Below are positions 1-13,004 of a DNA stretch of 64,000 nt, piece after piece (the stretch's first letter is position 1; each line of letters begins with the position of its first letter). The position numbers were made by a program, and so were the translations under genes. The notes below the pieces were generated by a model. That model saw nothing but the letters and a program-made list of their open reading frames with translations, was not told the origin of the DNA and searched no databases. Origin of the DNA: Mobula hypostoma. Its lineage: Eukaryota. Location of the stretch: NCBI RefSeq assembly GCF_963921235.1, contig NC_086097.1:76138001-76202000 (forward strand). Direction: 5' to 3'.

Positions 1-2
1 CA

Positions 3-878
3 TCTTCAGGCATATATGGTGGTCATCCTCCCTTTGAATTGCACCAGTCTGTATTCCTGGCCAATGAATTGGGGGTTACTTTCAATAAGGGTGACAGCTC
101 AGCTTCTACAGATGGAACTTCAGCTTTAGAATTTTCTGCAAAGTTGCCTACTTTGGACATTCCTCTGAGAAATATTTCAGTAGAAGAGCTGCCAGACACT
201 GAACATGGTCATCACTTCAAAGTGGTTGAACATATTCAGCGATTTAATAGTCTTTCATTAAATGATCAAACTCCAAAATATAAAACTGTGCGGTCACCTT
301 TAAAGTTCAAACGTACTCCAGTCCGTCAGTCTGTTAGAAGGATGAATGCACTGTCGTCTGGCAATGAAAAGTTAGTAGCAAGCAGGAACAGAATGTGTAA
401 AATTTCATTTGGTTCTCCAAAAATTAAGCCATTAAGTCATGAAAGTGGTTTGTCATTTAATCAAAATTCATTAGCGTTGAAACAAAATTTTAATATAAAA
501 CAAAATAAGCTCAGAGACAATGCTTGTCAAAATGATTTATCTACTGAAGGATTCTGGAAAACTGAATTAGCAATACATACAAAACATACTGCTGAGTTTA
601 AAGAAAAGAATTTGGGCAGCAAACCGAAGAACTCTGCTCAAAATGTCAACCAGTCCATTTCTCAGGATTGGACTAGTAAGACAATATCAGGAGTTTACCA
701 AGCCGACTGTGTGCTGCCAAAGCATAATCTAGTTACTAAAATGTCTGCTGCAACTCCAGAAAAATCCTTTTCTAATGTTATACTGCATAAAGTTTCAGAG
801 AAAGAAAAACATCAATACAAAGGTTCACCAAAGTGCCCCATATCAACAAAATTGACAACTAAAGCCATAGACCTATAA
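3..878 (+). CDS. ARHGAP11A: Rho GTPase-activating protein 11A, terminal coding exon (5'-partial)
   Basis: Frame is open from position 3 to TAA at 876-878, so the track's TTG start at 39 is not real. Motifs KVVEHIQRFNSLSLN, SPLKFKRTPVRQSVRRMN and the C-terminal YKGSPKCPI...KAIDL match the recalled vertebrate ARHGAP11A C-terminus. Synteny with GREM1 and FMN1 agrees. Confidence 0.93.
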   Translation, partial: SSGIYGGHPPFELHQSVFLANELGVTFNKGDSSASTDGTSALEFSAKLPTLDIPLRNISVEELPDTEHGHHFKVVEHIQRFNSLSLNDQTPKYKTVRSPLKFKRTPVRQSVRRMNALSSGNEKLVASRNRMCKISFGSPKIKPLSHESGLSFNQNSLALKQNFNIKQNKLRDNACQNDLSTEGFWKTELAIHTKHTAEFKEKNLGSKPKNSAQNVNQSISQDWTSKTISGVYQADCVLPKHNLVTKMSAATPEKSFSNVILHKVSEKEKHQYKGSPKCPISTKLTTKAIDL

Positions 879-1720
879 ATATATGGGAAAACCTTTTTTT
901 TCTTCAAATAGCATTGCTGCTGTTCAATACTTCGAATTGCACAAACTATTTTCCTTAAGTTAATTTTATTGTTGACTTTCAGGTATAATTACTTGGAATG
1001 CTGGAATTCCCTGAATTTTAATTGTATAAGTATTTTCTGAAAATAATGATTCACAATATGTGTACTTGGGTAATACCTTTTTGAAACTATTTCAAAATAT
1101 GCTATAGACTTAAAGCAAACTATTTCAATAGCTTATAGTCAGCTAATAGTTTTATTCAGTTTTCTGTTGATAGCTTTACACTTTTTAACTCGCTGAGTAA
1201 AATTCTAGGATTTTATGAACATTTGTCAATAAAATTATGTGAAAATTTGGGGAAAAAAAAAACAAATTCAACTGCTTAGTTGGATCCAAAATGATACTAA
1301 TATATATAGCTCGTTGATCAGCTGGGCTTTCTGTCATGCCATTCTGATTCTATTTAAAAGTACATTTTGCTGGTTTTGAAATCTTCTCATCCAGAAATCC
1401 TGTTAAGCACTTTTAGTATACTGTAGTTTTGATGCAATTTATTGTATTGTAGCTTTGAACAGAATAAGTACTCCATAAGCAGTATTGTGTTCAAGAAAAG
1501 CACATGCAATAATCTTTCAACTTTTTACAGCCAGTTCTGTTGGGTTTGACTTAATATTTTAATACTGTAATAATTCTAGTATGATTGGTGCAAGTTGATC
1601 GTGAACGAATGTAAACAGTAAGAATCTTATGAAGATAAAAGTAAATTATGATATGGAAGTGTTTACAACATTTGACATGAAGCAGAATTTGAAATAAAAT
1701 ATGCTTTATTATTTACTATG
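879..1720 (+). other. ARHGAP11A: ARHGAP11A 3' UTR with candidate poly(A) signals AATAAA at 1228-1233 and 1693-1698
   Basis: AT-rich repeat-free sequence after the stop; repeats begin at about 1730. The true end is inferred. Confidence 0.6.
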
Positions 1721-1729
1721 CTGTTGTAT

Positions 1730-1995
1730 TCCCAAGGTGGAAATAAATGGCTAATTCATATGGGCATAATTTTAAGGTGATTGGGAGAAAGTACAGAAGT
1801 GGGTATTAGGAGTAAGCCTTTTACACTGTGACGGTTGCGTGGAACGTACTGCTGGGGGTGGTAGTGAAAGATACATTAGGGGCATTTAAGTGACTTGGAT
1901 GAAAGAAAATGGAGGGCTATGATGGGAGAGGGTTATAATGAACTTGGAGTAGGTTAAAAGGTTGGCACATCATGCTGTGCTGTACTGTTCCATAT
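1730..1995 (+). mobile_element. Degenerate CR1 LINE 3' end
   Basis: Resembles the 3' ends of other CR1 copies in the window (gggcataattttaaggtgattgg...ctgtgctgtactgttc). Confidence 0.7.
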
Positions 1996-2802
1996 AGAAA
2001 CTACAATGAAAAATTATATCAAACACATTTATTTCATTGGCTTCTGAAGAAGTGAAATAAAGGCAATGTGTGTCAGCCAGTGTTATTACTGTTCAAAAGG
2101 AGGAAACAAAATCCCAATAGAAAAATATAGTGAGATTATAATGCTAATAAACTGCATCAGATGAAATCTTTGGAAAATGGGTGGAAAGTAGAAAAAGATC
2201 ATGCATGAATAGTGAATGATTTGCAAAGTGCTTTTCTGACAACGTATAATACTGACAGCTGAACTTTAATTTCATCTGCTCCCTTAGCTATGTGTTAAAG
2301 GTCATGTGGTACTACTCTGAAGAGCAAATGGTGTTCTTACCAATACCCTGATCATTATTGATCACTCAATCATGAATCACTATCTGCAGTTTGTGTAAAA
2401 TTTTGCTACAGTTCACTTTCTGTTAAAGGGGGAAATACATTTCTAAAGTATTTTAACTGTAAATGCTTAAGATGGTGTCTTTCAGAATCTCAGTTCATTT
2501 AACAGTTCTTTTCATTTATACAAACAAAGTTGCCTGTATATTGGAAAATAAATGATTCATTTAATTAAGCCTCAGAAGCCACATTCTGGTGTTTTTAATA
2601 ATTGACTTCCTATGTAGCTTGATGCACACCCATAATCCATACTGTGATTTCTCTCCTACGTACTTAATTATTTACAAAGGAAATGGTTGCCAGGATGGTA
2701 TTAAGTAGTAGAAAGTGATGAGAAGGTGGGGATATTCAAGCAATAGTGCATGAATAGCAAAAGATTATTCAAGCACAATTTGTTGTAAGACTACCTTGAT
2801 AA

Positions 2803-3765
2803 AATAGAAACATAGAAAACCTACTGCACAATACAAGCCCTTTGGCCCACAAAACTGTGCCAAACATGTCCCTACCTTAGAAGTACCTAGGCTTTACCCA
2901 CAGCCCTCTATTTTTCTAAGCTCCATGTAGCCATCCAGGAGTCTCTTAAAAGACCCTATCATTTCCGCCTCTGCCGGCAGCCCATTCCACGCACTCAGCA
3001 CTCTCCGCTTGTAAAAAAAAAACTTTACACCTGACATCTCTTCTGTACCTACTTCCAAGCACCTTAAAACTATGCTCTCTCGTGCTAGCTATTCCTACCC
3101 TGGGGAAAAGCCTCTGACTATCCACACGATCGATGCCTCTCATTATTTAGTACACTTCTATCAGGTCACCTCTTATCTGTCATTCCAAGGAGAAAAGGCT
3201 GAGTTCACTCCACCTATTCTCATAAGGCATGCTCCCCAATCCAGGCAACATCCTTGTAAAATCTCCTCTGCACCCTTTCTATGGTTTCCACATCCTTCCT
3301 GTAGTGAGGTGCCCAGAATTGAGCACAGTAGTCCAAGTGGGGTCTGACCAAGGGCCTATATAGCGGCAACATTACCACTTGGCTCAGAACTCAATCCCAC
3401 GATTGATGAAGGCCAATGCACCATATGCTTTCTTAACCACAGAGTCAAGCTGCATAGCAGCTTTGAGTGTCCTATGGACTCGGACCCCAAGATCTCTCTG
3501 ATCCTCCACACTGCCAAGAGTCTTACCATTAATGCTATATTCTGCCATCAAATTTGACCTACCAAAATGAACCATCTCACAGTTATCTGGGTTGAACTCC
3601 CCATCTGCCACTTCTCAGCCCAGTTTTGCATCCTATCAATGTCTTGTCGTAACCTCTGACAGCCATCCACACTATCCACAACACCCCCAGCCTTTGTGTT
3701 ATCAGCAAATTTACTAACACATCCCTCCACTTCCTCCTCCAGGTCATTTATAAAACTCTCAAAGA
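2803..3765 (-). mobile_element. 5'-truncated CR1 LINE (RT C-terminus and 3' tail), frameshifted
   Basis: Minus-strand fragments SKFADNTK, MVHFGRSN and RGIDRVDSQRLFP; atagaaacatagaaa tail. Confidence 0.92.
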
Positions 3766-3914
3766 GTAGAGAAGAGTGTTTAGTTTTTCAGAAATTCCTG
3801 TGTTGTCAAAGTTTTATAAAGATATTAATTCTAATGTTTAATATACTTAAACAAAATCCTGAAAAATGACCCAGTAGATTTTCTCTTAGCCTGTCATACA
3901 TGTATTTAAGATGT

Positions 3915-4040
3915 AACATCCTGAAGAAGGGTCTTGGTCTGAAGTGTCGACTGTTTATTCATTTCTATAGATGTTGCTTGACTTTCTGAGGTCCTCCAGC
4001 TTTTTGTGTGTATTGCTCTTGATCTCCAGCATCTGCAGAT
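3915..4040 (+). mobile_element. Penelope-like terminal repeat fragment with degenerate hammerhead motif
   Basis: Similar to copies at 4734, 45208, 46580 and 59920; another fragment lies at about 4385-4470. Confidence 0.65.
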
Positions 4041-4733
4041 CCAAAACCCGGGCTTTTGTGGGTCTTTGACTTCACTGGGAGACCACAGTCGGTATAGATT
4101 GGTAACAGAATCGCCTTCTTGCCAATAATCAACACTGGCACACCTCAAGGATGCCTATAGGTGTGAGATAGATCTGTATCACACTAATCATCTTGCACTC
4201 AACACCAGTAAGACCAAACAATTGATTAGGGACTTCAGGAGGAGAAAGTCGAGAACACACACACCAAGGAGGTGATACAGGAACCTGAAGACACACTCAA
4301 CATTTTAGGAACGGCTTCCTCCCCTCTGCCATCAGATTTCTGAATGGACAATTAACCCATGAACACTACCTCAGTATTTTGTCCCAAGTCCTGAACATGG
4401 GTCTCTGCCCGAAATGTCAACTACTTATTCTTTTCCATAGACCTGCGGAGTTTCTCCAGTTTGTGTTTGATGCTCAGTATTTTTTCCTCTCTTTTTGCAC
4501 TAGTTAAAAATATACTTACTATGTATTGAAATGTACTGCTGCCACAAAACAACAACTTTTATGACATATGTCAGTGATATTTAGCCTATTATGTCTGGGC
4601 TAACCATGATGCCAATTAAACCTAATCCCATAGTCTATATCACAACATTTTCAGCATTTTCATTGCTGGCAAAGTCTAAAGTGAAAAACTCACATCCTGA
4701 ATCTTGTTTATAAAAGAAGAAACAATTTCAGTT

Positions 4734-4921
4734 CGCAAACACGAGGAAATCTGCAGATGCTGGAATTTCAAGCAACACACATAAAAATTGCTGGTGAACG
4801 CAGCAGGCCAGGCAGCATCTATCGGAAGCGGTACAGTCGATGTTTCGGGCCGAGACCCATCGTCAGGACTAACTGAAAGAAGAGATAGTAGGAGGTTTGA
4901 AAGTGGGAGGGGGAGATCTGA
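4734..4921 (-). mobile_element. Penelope-like element 3' end with 14-bp target-site duplication (TSD)
   Basis: TSD aaacaatttcagtt at 4720-4733 and 4922-4935; contains a hammerhead motif. Confidence 0.85.
4835..4870 (-). ncRNA. Minimal type-I hammerhead ribozyme motif
   Basis: Minus strand reads AGTC-CTGACGA-T-GGGT-CTCG-GCCC-GAAA-CATC-GACT: CUGANGA and GAAA core with stems I and II. Confidence 0.65.
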
Positions 4922-5137
4922 AAACAATTTCAGTTTTTGGGTTTATATTTTCAAGTTACTCTCCTGCAGACCGTTAGAAGGTGCAAAGTAAAACATGTGA
5001 TTCTATGTTTTATTTTTGGAGATATGCTTATCATTGGCAAGGTCAGAATTTATTGTTAATTCCAATTTGTCCTTAAAGCACTGATAGGTCATCAGTTTAA
5101 ACTAGTTCTTTATTCTATTTAAATTTTATGATCAACT

Positions 5138-5345
5138 GGTAGCACGGTAGCATAGTGGTTAGCTTAATGCTTTATAGCACCAATGACTTGTATTCAATTT
5201 CTGCCACTGTCTGTAAGGTGTTTGTGTGTTCTCCCTGTGACCACGTGGGATCCCTCTGCCTATTCCAAAGACATATGGATTAATATGTGGTGTGGGCTCA
5301 TTGGGCCAGAAGGCCTCAAATGTGCTGTACCTCTAAAATAAAGAA
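5138..5345 (+). mobile_element. tRNA-derived SINE (V-SINE/HE1-like), degenerate
   Basis: A-box-like tagcatagtggtt, core gtttgtgtgttctccctgtgaccacgtggg, LINE-like tail. Confidence 0.7.
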
Positions 5346-5839
5346 AATTAAAAATAAACTCTTGGCTTGCACCCACTGAAATACTGAGGTCAATGTGGGT
5401 TGACAAATTTGATGCTCTATTGTGTTTTAATAAGTGAGGTGGTAGTTACACTGATTTTTTAAGGGACACTGGTTAGACTTGACCTTTTTAAAGAAAATAT
5501 TCGCCTGATATTTATGTGATGTATGTCACCCCGTAAACAAATAAAACCTGAATGTTGTCTGGGACTTGCTTTGCTTGAGTATAGATCTCAAACCCGTCTT
5601 AAGGAGATTGGGGGGGGGGGGGGTGGAGTTCAAAGGTGGCACTAATAACCTCAGGGCAGTTTGAAGCTTAAGAGCTGTAAGTCACGGTTCACACCGATTT
5701 CGATGGCCAAAGAGGGATAAAATTCTGCAGATACAGTTTGGGAAGATGGACTAAAAAGTATGACATCAAAAGCTAATAATCTTTGGATTATTGCGCACCA
5801 CATGTTACTGAAAATGAAGCAATAAAATAGTTAACGTAC

Positions 5840-6005
5840 TGAATGAGGGGATGTATTAGGGCAGGCTTTGGATTCCTGGGGACCTGGGACCATTTCTGAT
5901 GGAGATGAGCTAGATAGCAGTTCAACAGGAAAGGAACCTGTAACCTCACAAAAGATCTGGTTTCTGGTGTGGGGGCAGATTTAAACTAACTTGACAAGGG
6001 AATGA
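5840..6005 (+). mobile_element. Old CR1 fragment spanning the ORF1 3' end and ORF1/ORF2 junction
   Basis: gggcaggctttggattcctggggacctgggacc resembles the ORF1 end of the 17-20 kb element and finishes in TTTAAAC TAA (5980-5989). Confidence 0.6.
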
Positions 6006-6054
6006 GATCTTGAAGGCAAAATCAGAAGAGAAAAAATCTGCAAACAAGGAAGTG

Positions 6055-8260
6055 TAGTCTGATGATGGATGCTGCATTCCTGCGACAGCACAAAATGTAG
6101 ATGTGCGTGATGGTGGGAAGGGCTTTATCTGTGATGGGGTTGGCTGTACCCACTGCTTTCTGTAAGCTTTTCTGTTCAAGGGCATTGGTGTTTCCATACC
6201 AGGCCATGATGCAACCAGTCAGTATGCTCTCCACAGCACAGCTTTGATGTTCATTGATGTTTTAGATGACATGCCAAATCTTTGCAAACTTCTAAGAAAG
6301 TGGAGGCACTACCACGCCTTCTTTGTAATGACACTTACATGCTGGACCCAGGCCAGATCCTCCGAAATGGTAATACTGAGTAGGCTAATTGGTGATTGTA
6401 AATTGCCCTGTAATTAGGCTAATGTTAAATAGGTGCGTTGCCTGATGATGCGGCTTGTTGTGCCAGAAGGGTCTGTTCAGAGCCTTATCATTAAATAAAT
6501 AAATACCTAAAACACTCAGAAACGTAATGGGAATCAGGGTATTATTACTGACTTACACCGTGAACGTTGTTTTGTGGCAGCAGTACACAACAATACATTT
6601 TTAAAATTTATTGTAAGTTGCAATATGAAATATATAGAAAAATAAATAAGTAGTGCAAGATGAGAGAAGAATTGTGACGTAGTGTCCATGGACTATTCAG
6701 AAATCTGATGGAAAAGGGGAAGAAGCTGTTCCTGAAAGATTGAGTGTATTTTTTCAGGCTTCTGTACCTCCTCTCCGATGGTAATAGTGAGAAGCAGGAA
6801 TGTCCTGGGTGATGAGGTCCTTTAACAAAGGATGCCACTTTCTTGAGGCACTGCCTTCTAAAGATGTTCTTGATGATGCTTAAGCTGTGCCTAGCCATAC
6901 AGCCATGAGTATAGAGAGAGTAGAGCAGTATCCATGTACCAATGTTGACTGAGGTCTCCTGATGAGAAAACCAAAGATCCATTGCAGAGGAAGGTACAGA
7001 GGCCCAGGTTTAGAAGTTTGTTTATGAGTACTGATTGGATGATGGCATTGAACACTGAACTCTAATCAGTTAAAAGCAGCCTGAAGCAGGTATTACTGGT
7101 GTTCAGCTGATCCAAGGCCAGTGAGACTGTGTCTATTGTAGCGATCGGCAAATTGCAGCGGTCCAGGTCCGTGCTTAGTCAGGAATTAATTCTAGAGTTG
7201 GCCAGCCGCTCAAAGCTCTTCAACAAAGTAGATGTGAGTGCTACTGGGCGACAGACACTAAGGCAGCTCACCATGCTCTTCTTAAGCACTAGTATGATTA
7301 ATGCTGTTTTGAAACAGGTGGAACCTCTGACTGCAACAATGAAAGATTGAAGATGACCTTGAACATTCCAGCCAGTTGGTCAGCACAGATTTTTGGTGCC
7401 CTGCCAGATACACCTTTGGGGCCTTTCACATTGCAGCCTCTTGAAAAGTGTTCTGACGTCAGCCTCTGAGACAGATATCACATGGTAGCTAGATGCAGCA
7501 GGAATTCACATAATATAGTTTATTCTACCTTTTAAAGCTTACATTAAAGGCATTCAGCTCATCAGGAAAGGCAACATCACAGCCATTTATGATGTTAGAT
7601 GTTGACTTGTTGGAAGTAATAGCCTGCAAACTCTCCTGTAACTGTCATGCATCCGATTTCATCTCTAACTTCACTCAGAATTGCTTTTACACACTTAAGG
7701 TAGCCTTCCATAGGTTATACCTAGACTTCCTGTAGTGTTCTTGATCATTTGTCTGTGGCATAGTCATTCAGATCTGAAGACAAATCCCTGAATATGGTAC
7801 AGTCTACTGATTCAAAGCAGTCCTGAAAACACTCTTCCACCTCCCTTGACCATACCTTCATGATCTTCACCACTGGTGCTGCTGACCTAGTCTCTGTATG
7901 TCAGGAGTAGAAGTACAGCCAGGTGATCAGATTTGCGAAAGTGAGGGCATGGCAGAGCAAGGTAAGTGCTCTTGTGGTGGCGTAACAGTGGGCAAGTGTG
8001 TTGTTCCTCTGGTTCCACATATAACATATTGGTGGTGGTTTGTTAAGAGACTTCCTCGAGGTGGCCTGGTTGAACTTCCCTACAATGATGAGGAAGACAG
8101 CAGAGTGTGCTGTCTTGACTGCCTGTCACGGTGCTCAGCTCCTTGAATGCCAGCCTGATGTTGACCAGGGGTGGAATATACACTGAAACCAGGAAGATGG
8201 TGGAAAACTCCCTCAGCCGATACAATGGCTGATACTTGACTGCAGATGTTCCAGCTCAGA
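6055..8260 (-). mobile_element. Decayed Rex1/Babar-type LINE fragments, with a SINE fragment at about 6380-6500
   Basis: Minus-strand peptides ESILTGCIMAWYG, HHPGHSCFSLLPSERRYRSL...FRNSFFP and REFSTIFLVSVYIPP. Confidence 0.8.
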
Positions 8261-9799
8261 GAAGTATCTGTGGTAAGACTGACACCTTATTTACAAGTTC
8301 AATCGGTATTTCCATGCTCCAGCTCAGTTTATAGTGGAACAGCACCAGTAGATGGTAACATCTCCTTCAGAAGTGTTCTCTGTCACTACATTAACTTCAA
8401 AAGCAGCTAGGAAACTTCCAGACTAGCATATCCTAATTTACTTGGAAATGACAATCTCAGGTTCCAGTCTAAGTGGTTCCTTCTCCTTAGCAAATTTGCA
8501 GCACAAAGCAGCAATATATTCTGGTGAAACAAATCTAAATTTGTTATTATATGCCTGTCCATCATTAATGCACCAGGCCCACAAATTTATGTGCTTTCTT
8601 AAGAGGTGAAATTAAAAAGAAACTGCAAATTTGGTCAGAATTCTCCACATTTCATCTCCTCTGGTCCACTTTTGAGTCTGAAATAACTTCATGCTATTTA
8701 AGGAGAAGCACTACAATAACCTTTTAAGAGACAAGGGATCAAAAAAGCAAAAGAGAAAAAAAACTGCATATCGTGGAACTCTGAAAGAAAACCAAAAATT
8801 GTAGAAATACTCGACAGGTCAGGCATCACCTGTGGAGAGGGAAAGGGAGTTTGCATTTCAGCTGATGAAACTCTTTCATTTTATTTTTGCTTCATGTTGG
8901 TAGTTACTTTCCTGTAACTTTTCCAAACTCATACTAATGAATGTTCCACGGAACCAGCCAGGCTGAAAGGCAGGGTAGGAACCAGGGTCCTGTTGTGTTT
9001 AAAGGAGTGTGATAACCAGGGCTCCAGTGAGCAAGATGGAGTGCAGGAACTCGTGTCTGGGGGAGAAAAACAGTTCAGCAAACACTACCTGATGAGCCAG
9101 ATGCAATTCTTTGCAATTCTTAAAAAAGAATTGTCAGAGTTTTACTATATTGGATATAAACAAATATCTTCCTTGTATTATTCATCACTTATTTTCCTTC
9201 CAGATTTAACAATAATCTTTCAGTGTTTGTCACCATTCTCTGCTGCCTACTTGTGACTTATTTTCCCAGAACTCAATTTGTTTTACTCCCTGCTAGCTCA
9301 GCCATGGTCAAGATCTCAAGAACTGAGAAAGCCGATGGGAGGTAGGATGCAATCTTGAGTGTACCAGGCCTAAGATCTTTGAGGTCAACAACTTGGATGG
9401 ATACAAATTAAAACTGAACCTGACGACAGACAATCTGAATCCAATCTAAGCTTGAGAACTTAACAATTTTTCCACCTATCATGACTTGATCATCATTGGA
9501 AATATAATTATCTCAAATATGTTGTCCATAATCTTCCACTCAACCCAGCATGTTAGGGCCTCATATGTAACCAAAATATAAATCCTTCAGGCATGTGCTT
9601 TTTCTTATAGTTCTTTTCCTCCAGTTCAGCTCATCCCAGAGACATCCTCAGTTTGAGTCACAAGAGAATAGAAACAGCATAGGTCACCTGGCCCCTCAAG
9701 CCGACACACCATTCAATATGATCATCTCTTCAGATCCCTCTGTCCTTTCAGCAGCACCTTTCCACAGCACTCGTCTGTTAATAGGTAACACTATCAGGA

Positions 9800-11640
9800 A
9801 TCAATGGACGGACAAAGAAGAGCAAGTAACCAAGGATGCAACCATCGGTTGTTCGGAATTAATTAGAGCAAGAGCAGGAAGTGAGCTGGGGCCAATTAAA
9901 GTGGAAAATATCTCATTAAGGAGGGAGGAAACATGAAAATGTCAAAGTATTTTAATTCACCTCTCACAAATGCATAATAGTGAAAATAAAATGCATTAAT
10001 TTCAATATGGATGAATTAAATAGATTCTTAAAGATCAGAGACTAGAACTGATGTTGTTGAGAGTTAAAATAAATAAATCACTGACCTCTACGTACCTGCA
10101 TCTTAGTGTTCTGAGGAAAGCAGAGGAGAAACAGTTTTGATACCCCACCCCCCAACCATTCAACCATTGATTTTGAAAATGGATAGCACTGCTGCTCCCT
10201 CATGACCCCAGTGACCTGGGTCCGATATTGATCATGAGTGCTGTGTGGAACTTGCACCTCTTCCCCATGACTGTGTGTGTTTTGGCCGCGTGTTTTTGGT
10301 TTCTTCGCCTTACCCCACAGATGTGAAGATTGGCAATTTCACTGGCCTCAGTAAATAGGCCCTAATATGCAGGCAAGCTTCAATGTACAGTCCCATCAAC
10401 TAAGGATTCTGTGAAGAGAACAAAATGGAATGAGAGAAGAACAGATGGGCGCCTGAGGGTTAGCGTGGACTTAGTGGGCCTAAGGCCCTTTTTCGTACAA
10501 TTGGTAAGCTGTCAAATTGAACCTCTGTTTAAAAAAAGGTAAAATTCCAAATACTGTAACTAGATGGTAAACATCTGAAAAACAAGATAAAGTGAAATCT
10601 TACTTAGGAAGATGTGGGTTATTTAAGAACATTTATGAGCAGCACAGCTCATAGAGATATTATCTCACTATGCCAGAGACTTATGTTCAATCCTGACCTT
10701 GGGTGTTGTGTCTCTGTGTGTGTGTGGAGTTTGCACATTCACCTTGTGACCATACAGATTGCATTAGTATAGGTTAATGTAAAATGGGTGGTTGACGATC
10801 AGGGCAGACTCAGTGGGCCAAAGGATCTGTTTCTATGTAGCATCTCTCTATGACACTACACAGCACAAAGAGGTAAATTGTTTCTCACTATCTTCCAAGT
10901 CCTATCATAACAGGAACTGCAGAGCATGTTGATGTATGGATATTCCAAAACATTTGATAAGATACTGATGGTAGCTTTGTTGACAAAGTTGAGTCAGCAT
11001 AGATATGAAGTTGGTTTTAGAACAGTAAAACAGGCAGCACATAATGCATTTTCCAGTCTGGAACTGATTTAAATAGCAGTATTGAGACAACTGTTGTTAT
11101 AAAGTAGAGAAATAGAATGAAAAAAAAATTAAAATTTGGCTAATGTGCCTGATCAAAGCTTAAAAATAACATAGGTGAGTGCAGTTTAATTTATAATTTC
11201 TGGAAGTCAGCCAGGTTAATACAGTGGGCTGAAAGTTAGTCCTAAAAACACTGAGAAGATTAAAAGGAAATGATTAATTTATATTTATAACTTTAAAAGG
11301 AATTGAAAAGTGTAGAGACTCAAACACTTAAATGCATACATTTTCAAAGTTTGTGGAACATTTTCAATACATATAAAGGGAAAGAGTACAAAAGCAAAGG
11401 TAACAGTAAGTCATTAAAATCACTGGTTAGACCATTGTTAGAATACTGTTAATGGTTTTAGATGCCCTCTTGGTCATGGCTATTAAGGCGATCCAGGAAA
11501 AAGACTTACTAACCTTACCGAGTTTAATCATGTAGAGAAGCTAGGTAAACAGCAGGGATGGTTAAGAGAACATGCAACAGAAAAATGATTGGCTTTGAGG
11601 TCAATCAGAACAAAAATGAATTTCTCCAGGTATAATTGTT
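9800..11640 (+). mobile_element. Highly decayed CR1 interrupted by SINEs (about 10180-10500 and 10640-10850)
   Basis: Residual CR1 ORF2-like DNA plus V-SINE-like cores (gtgtggagtttgcacattc). Confidence 0.55.
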
Positions 11641-12524
11641 AAATAATGATCAATAATTACCATTTCCACCCACCCTCACCCCCCACACACATATTCACTT
11701 TTGGGAGACAGGATACGTTCCTGTGACAATGGTGGAAGCAGAATAAGAAATAGTCACTTCAGAAATGACACACATAAAGAAAGAGGAAAGGAAAGAAAAT
11801 AGATCAAAATACAGCAGGTGTCAGACTTGGCAAGCAGCAGTTAATCAGATATGCCAACGAACTTGATGTCCTGGGTGCTCACTCCTAAATGCAAATTAAT
11901 AGTTTTCTGGTTAGTAATGTTTCGGATGGCTGAGCCTTGACTTTGTTCCCAGAGAGAGACTGTTGGAATAAAAACAAACCATACAAGTTTGTTAGCTAGT
12001 TGGGGCCTGTAACGCCACTAACGTTTAGGGTAGCAAAAACCATACAAAAGAACAATGGAATTAGTTTCCATTTAAATGAACAATCAGTATATCGTCAATA
12101 AAGCATTTTAACCTTCATCAGTACAACTGGTGTCACTGTACTGGAACACAACTAGTTAGTAATCAATGACTTTTGGGGGAAACATTTATCAAATAAATCT
12201 GGTCTAACAATGGACTGGCTGGAGCTCAGTCCAAAGCACAGCCTGCAATGGCTCCATGTGGTGTGGAAGTGGGGTGTGCTGGAGATTCTCTGTCCGCCGC
12301 CCTGCAGCTGGGCTCACCAGAGCACCGCTAGAGTTCACGCCTCAAGTTGCACAACCCGAAGCCGTGAACTGGCTGCCTCCCGCCAAGGACTTCTTTCAAA
12401 GTTCAATGGAGCTTAGAGAAATTTCATTGATAATTCTACAGTAAATTAACGGTTGTTCGTTTGATTTTGCAATTGCTGATGCATCCTCCAAGGTCCCAGC
12501 ACAACTGTGTGGCTTGACGTGTAA

Positions 12525-12753
12525 TGGGTGAGTGGTGGGTGCGGGGAATGCACTCCCAGCGAAGGTGGTAGAGGCGGATACAATAGGGTCTTTTAAGAGA
12601 CTCTTAGATAGGTACATGGAGCTTAGAAAAATAGAGGCTATGCTGTAGGGTAATTCTAGACAGCTTCTCGAGTGGGTTACGTGGTTGGCACAATATTGTG
12701 GGCTGTAGGGGCTGTAATGTGCTGTGAATTTTCTATGTTCCATGTTCTATGTT
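12525..12753 (+). mobile_element. CR1 3' end
   Basis: gtggtagaggcggatacaatagggtcttttaagagactc and a (ttctatg)-type tail; related to the 2803 and 23138 copies. Confidence 0.85.
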
Positions 12754-13004
12754 TGACACGTCCCTTGTAGTCAAATAGAATATGTTAAAAACTGAAGTGG
12801 GTTACAAAGGTAGTTCGGTGATACATTCACATATAACAATGATTATCTAATTGAAATAAATCTATACTTAAATACAAAACTTAGCTAAGATAACCTTTTA
12901 TTGTGTGTCCCATCCCTCAGGAGATAGGCTCCAGTACGAATGCTGGACTCGGTTGGATTCAGCGCTCACACCCTCCTTTACGTCGGTAGCATAGCAGTGG
13001 AAAC

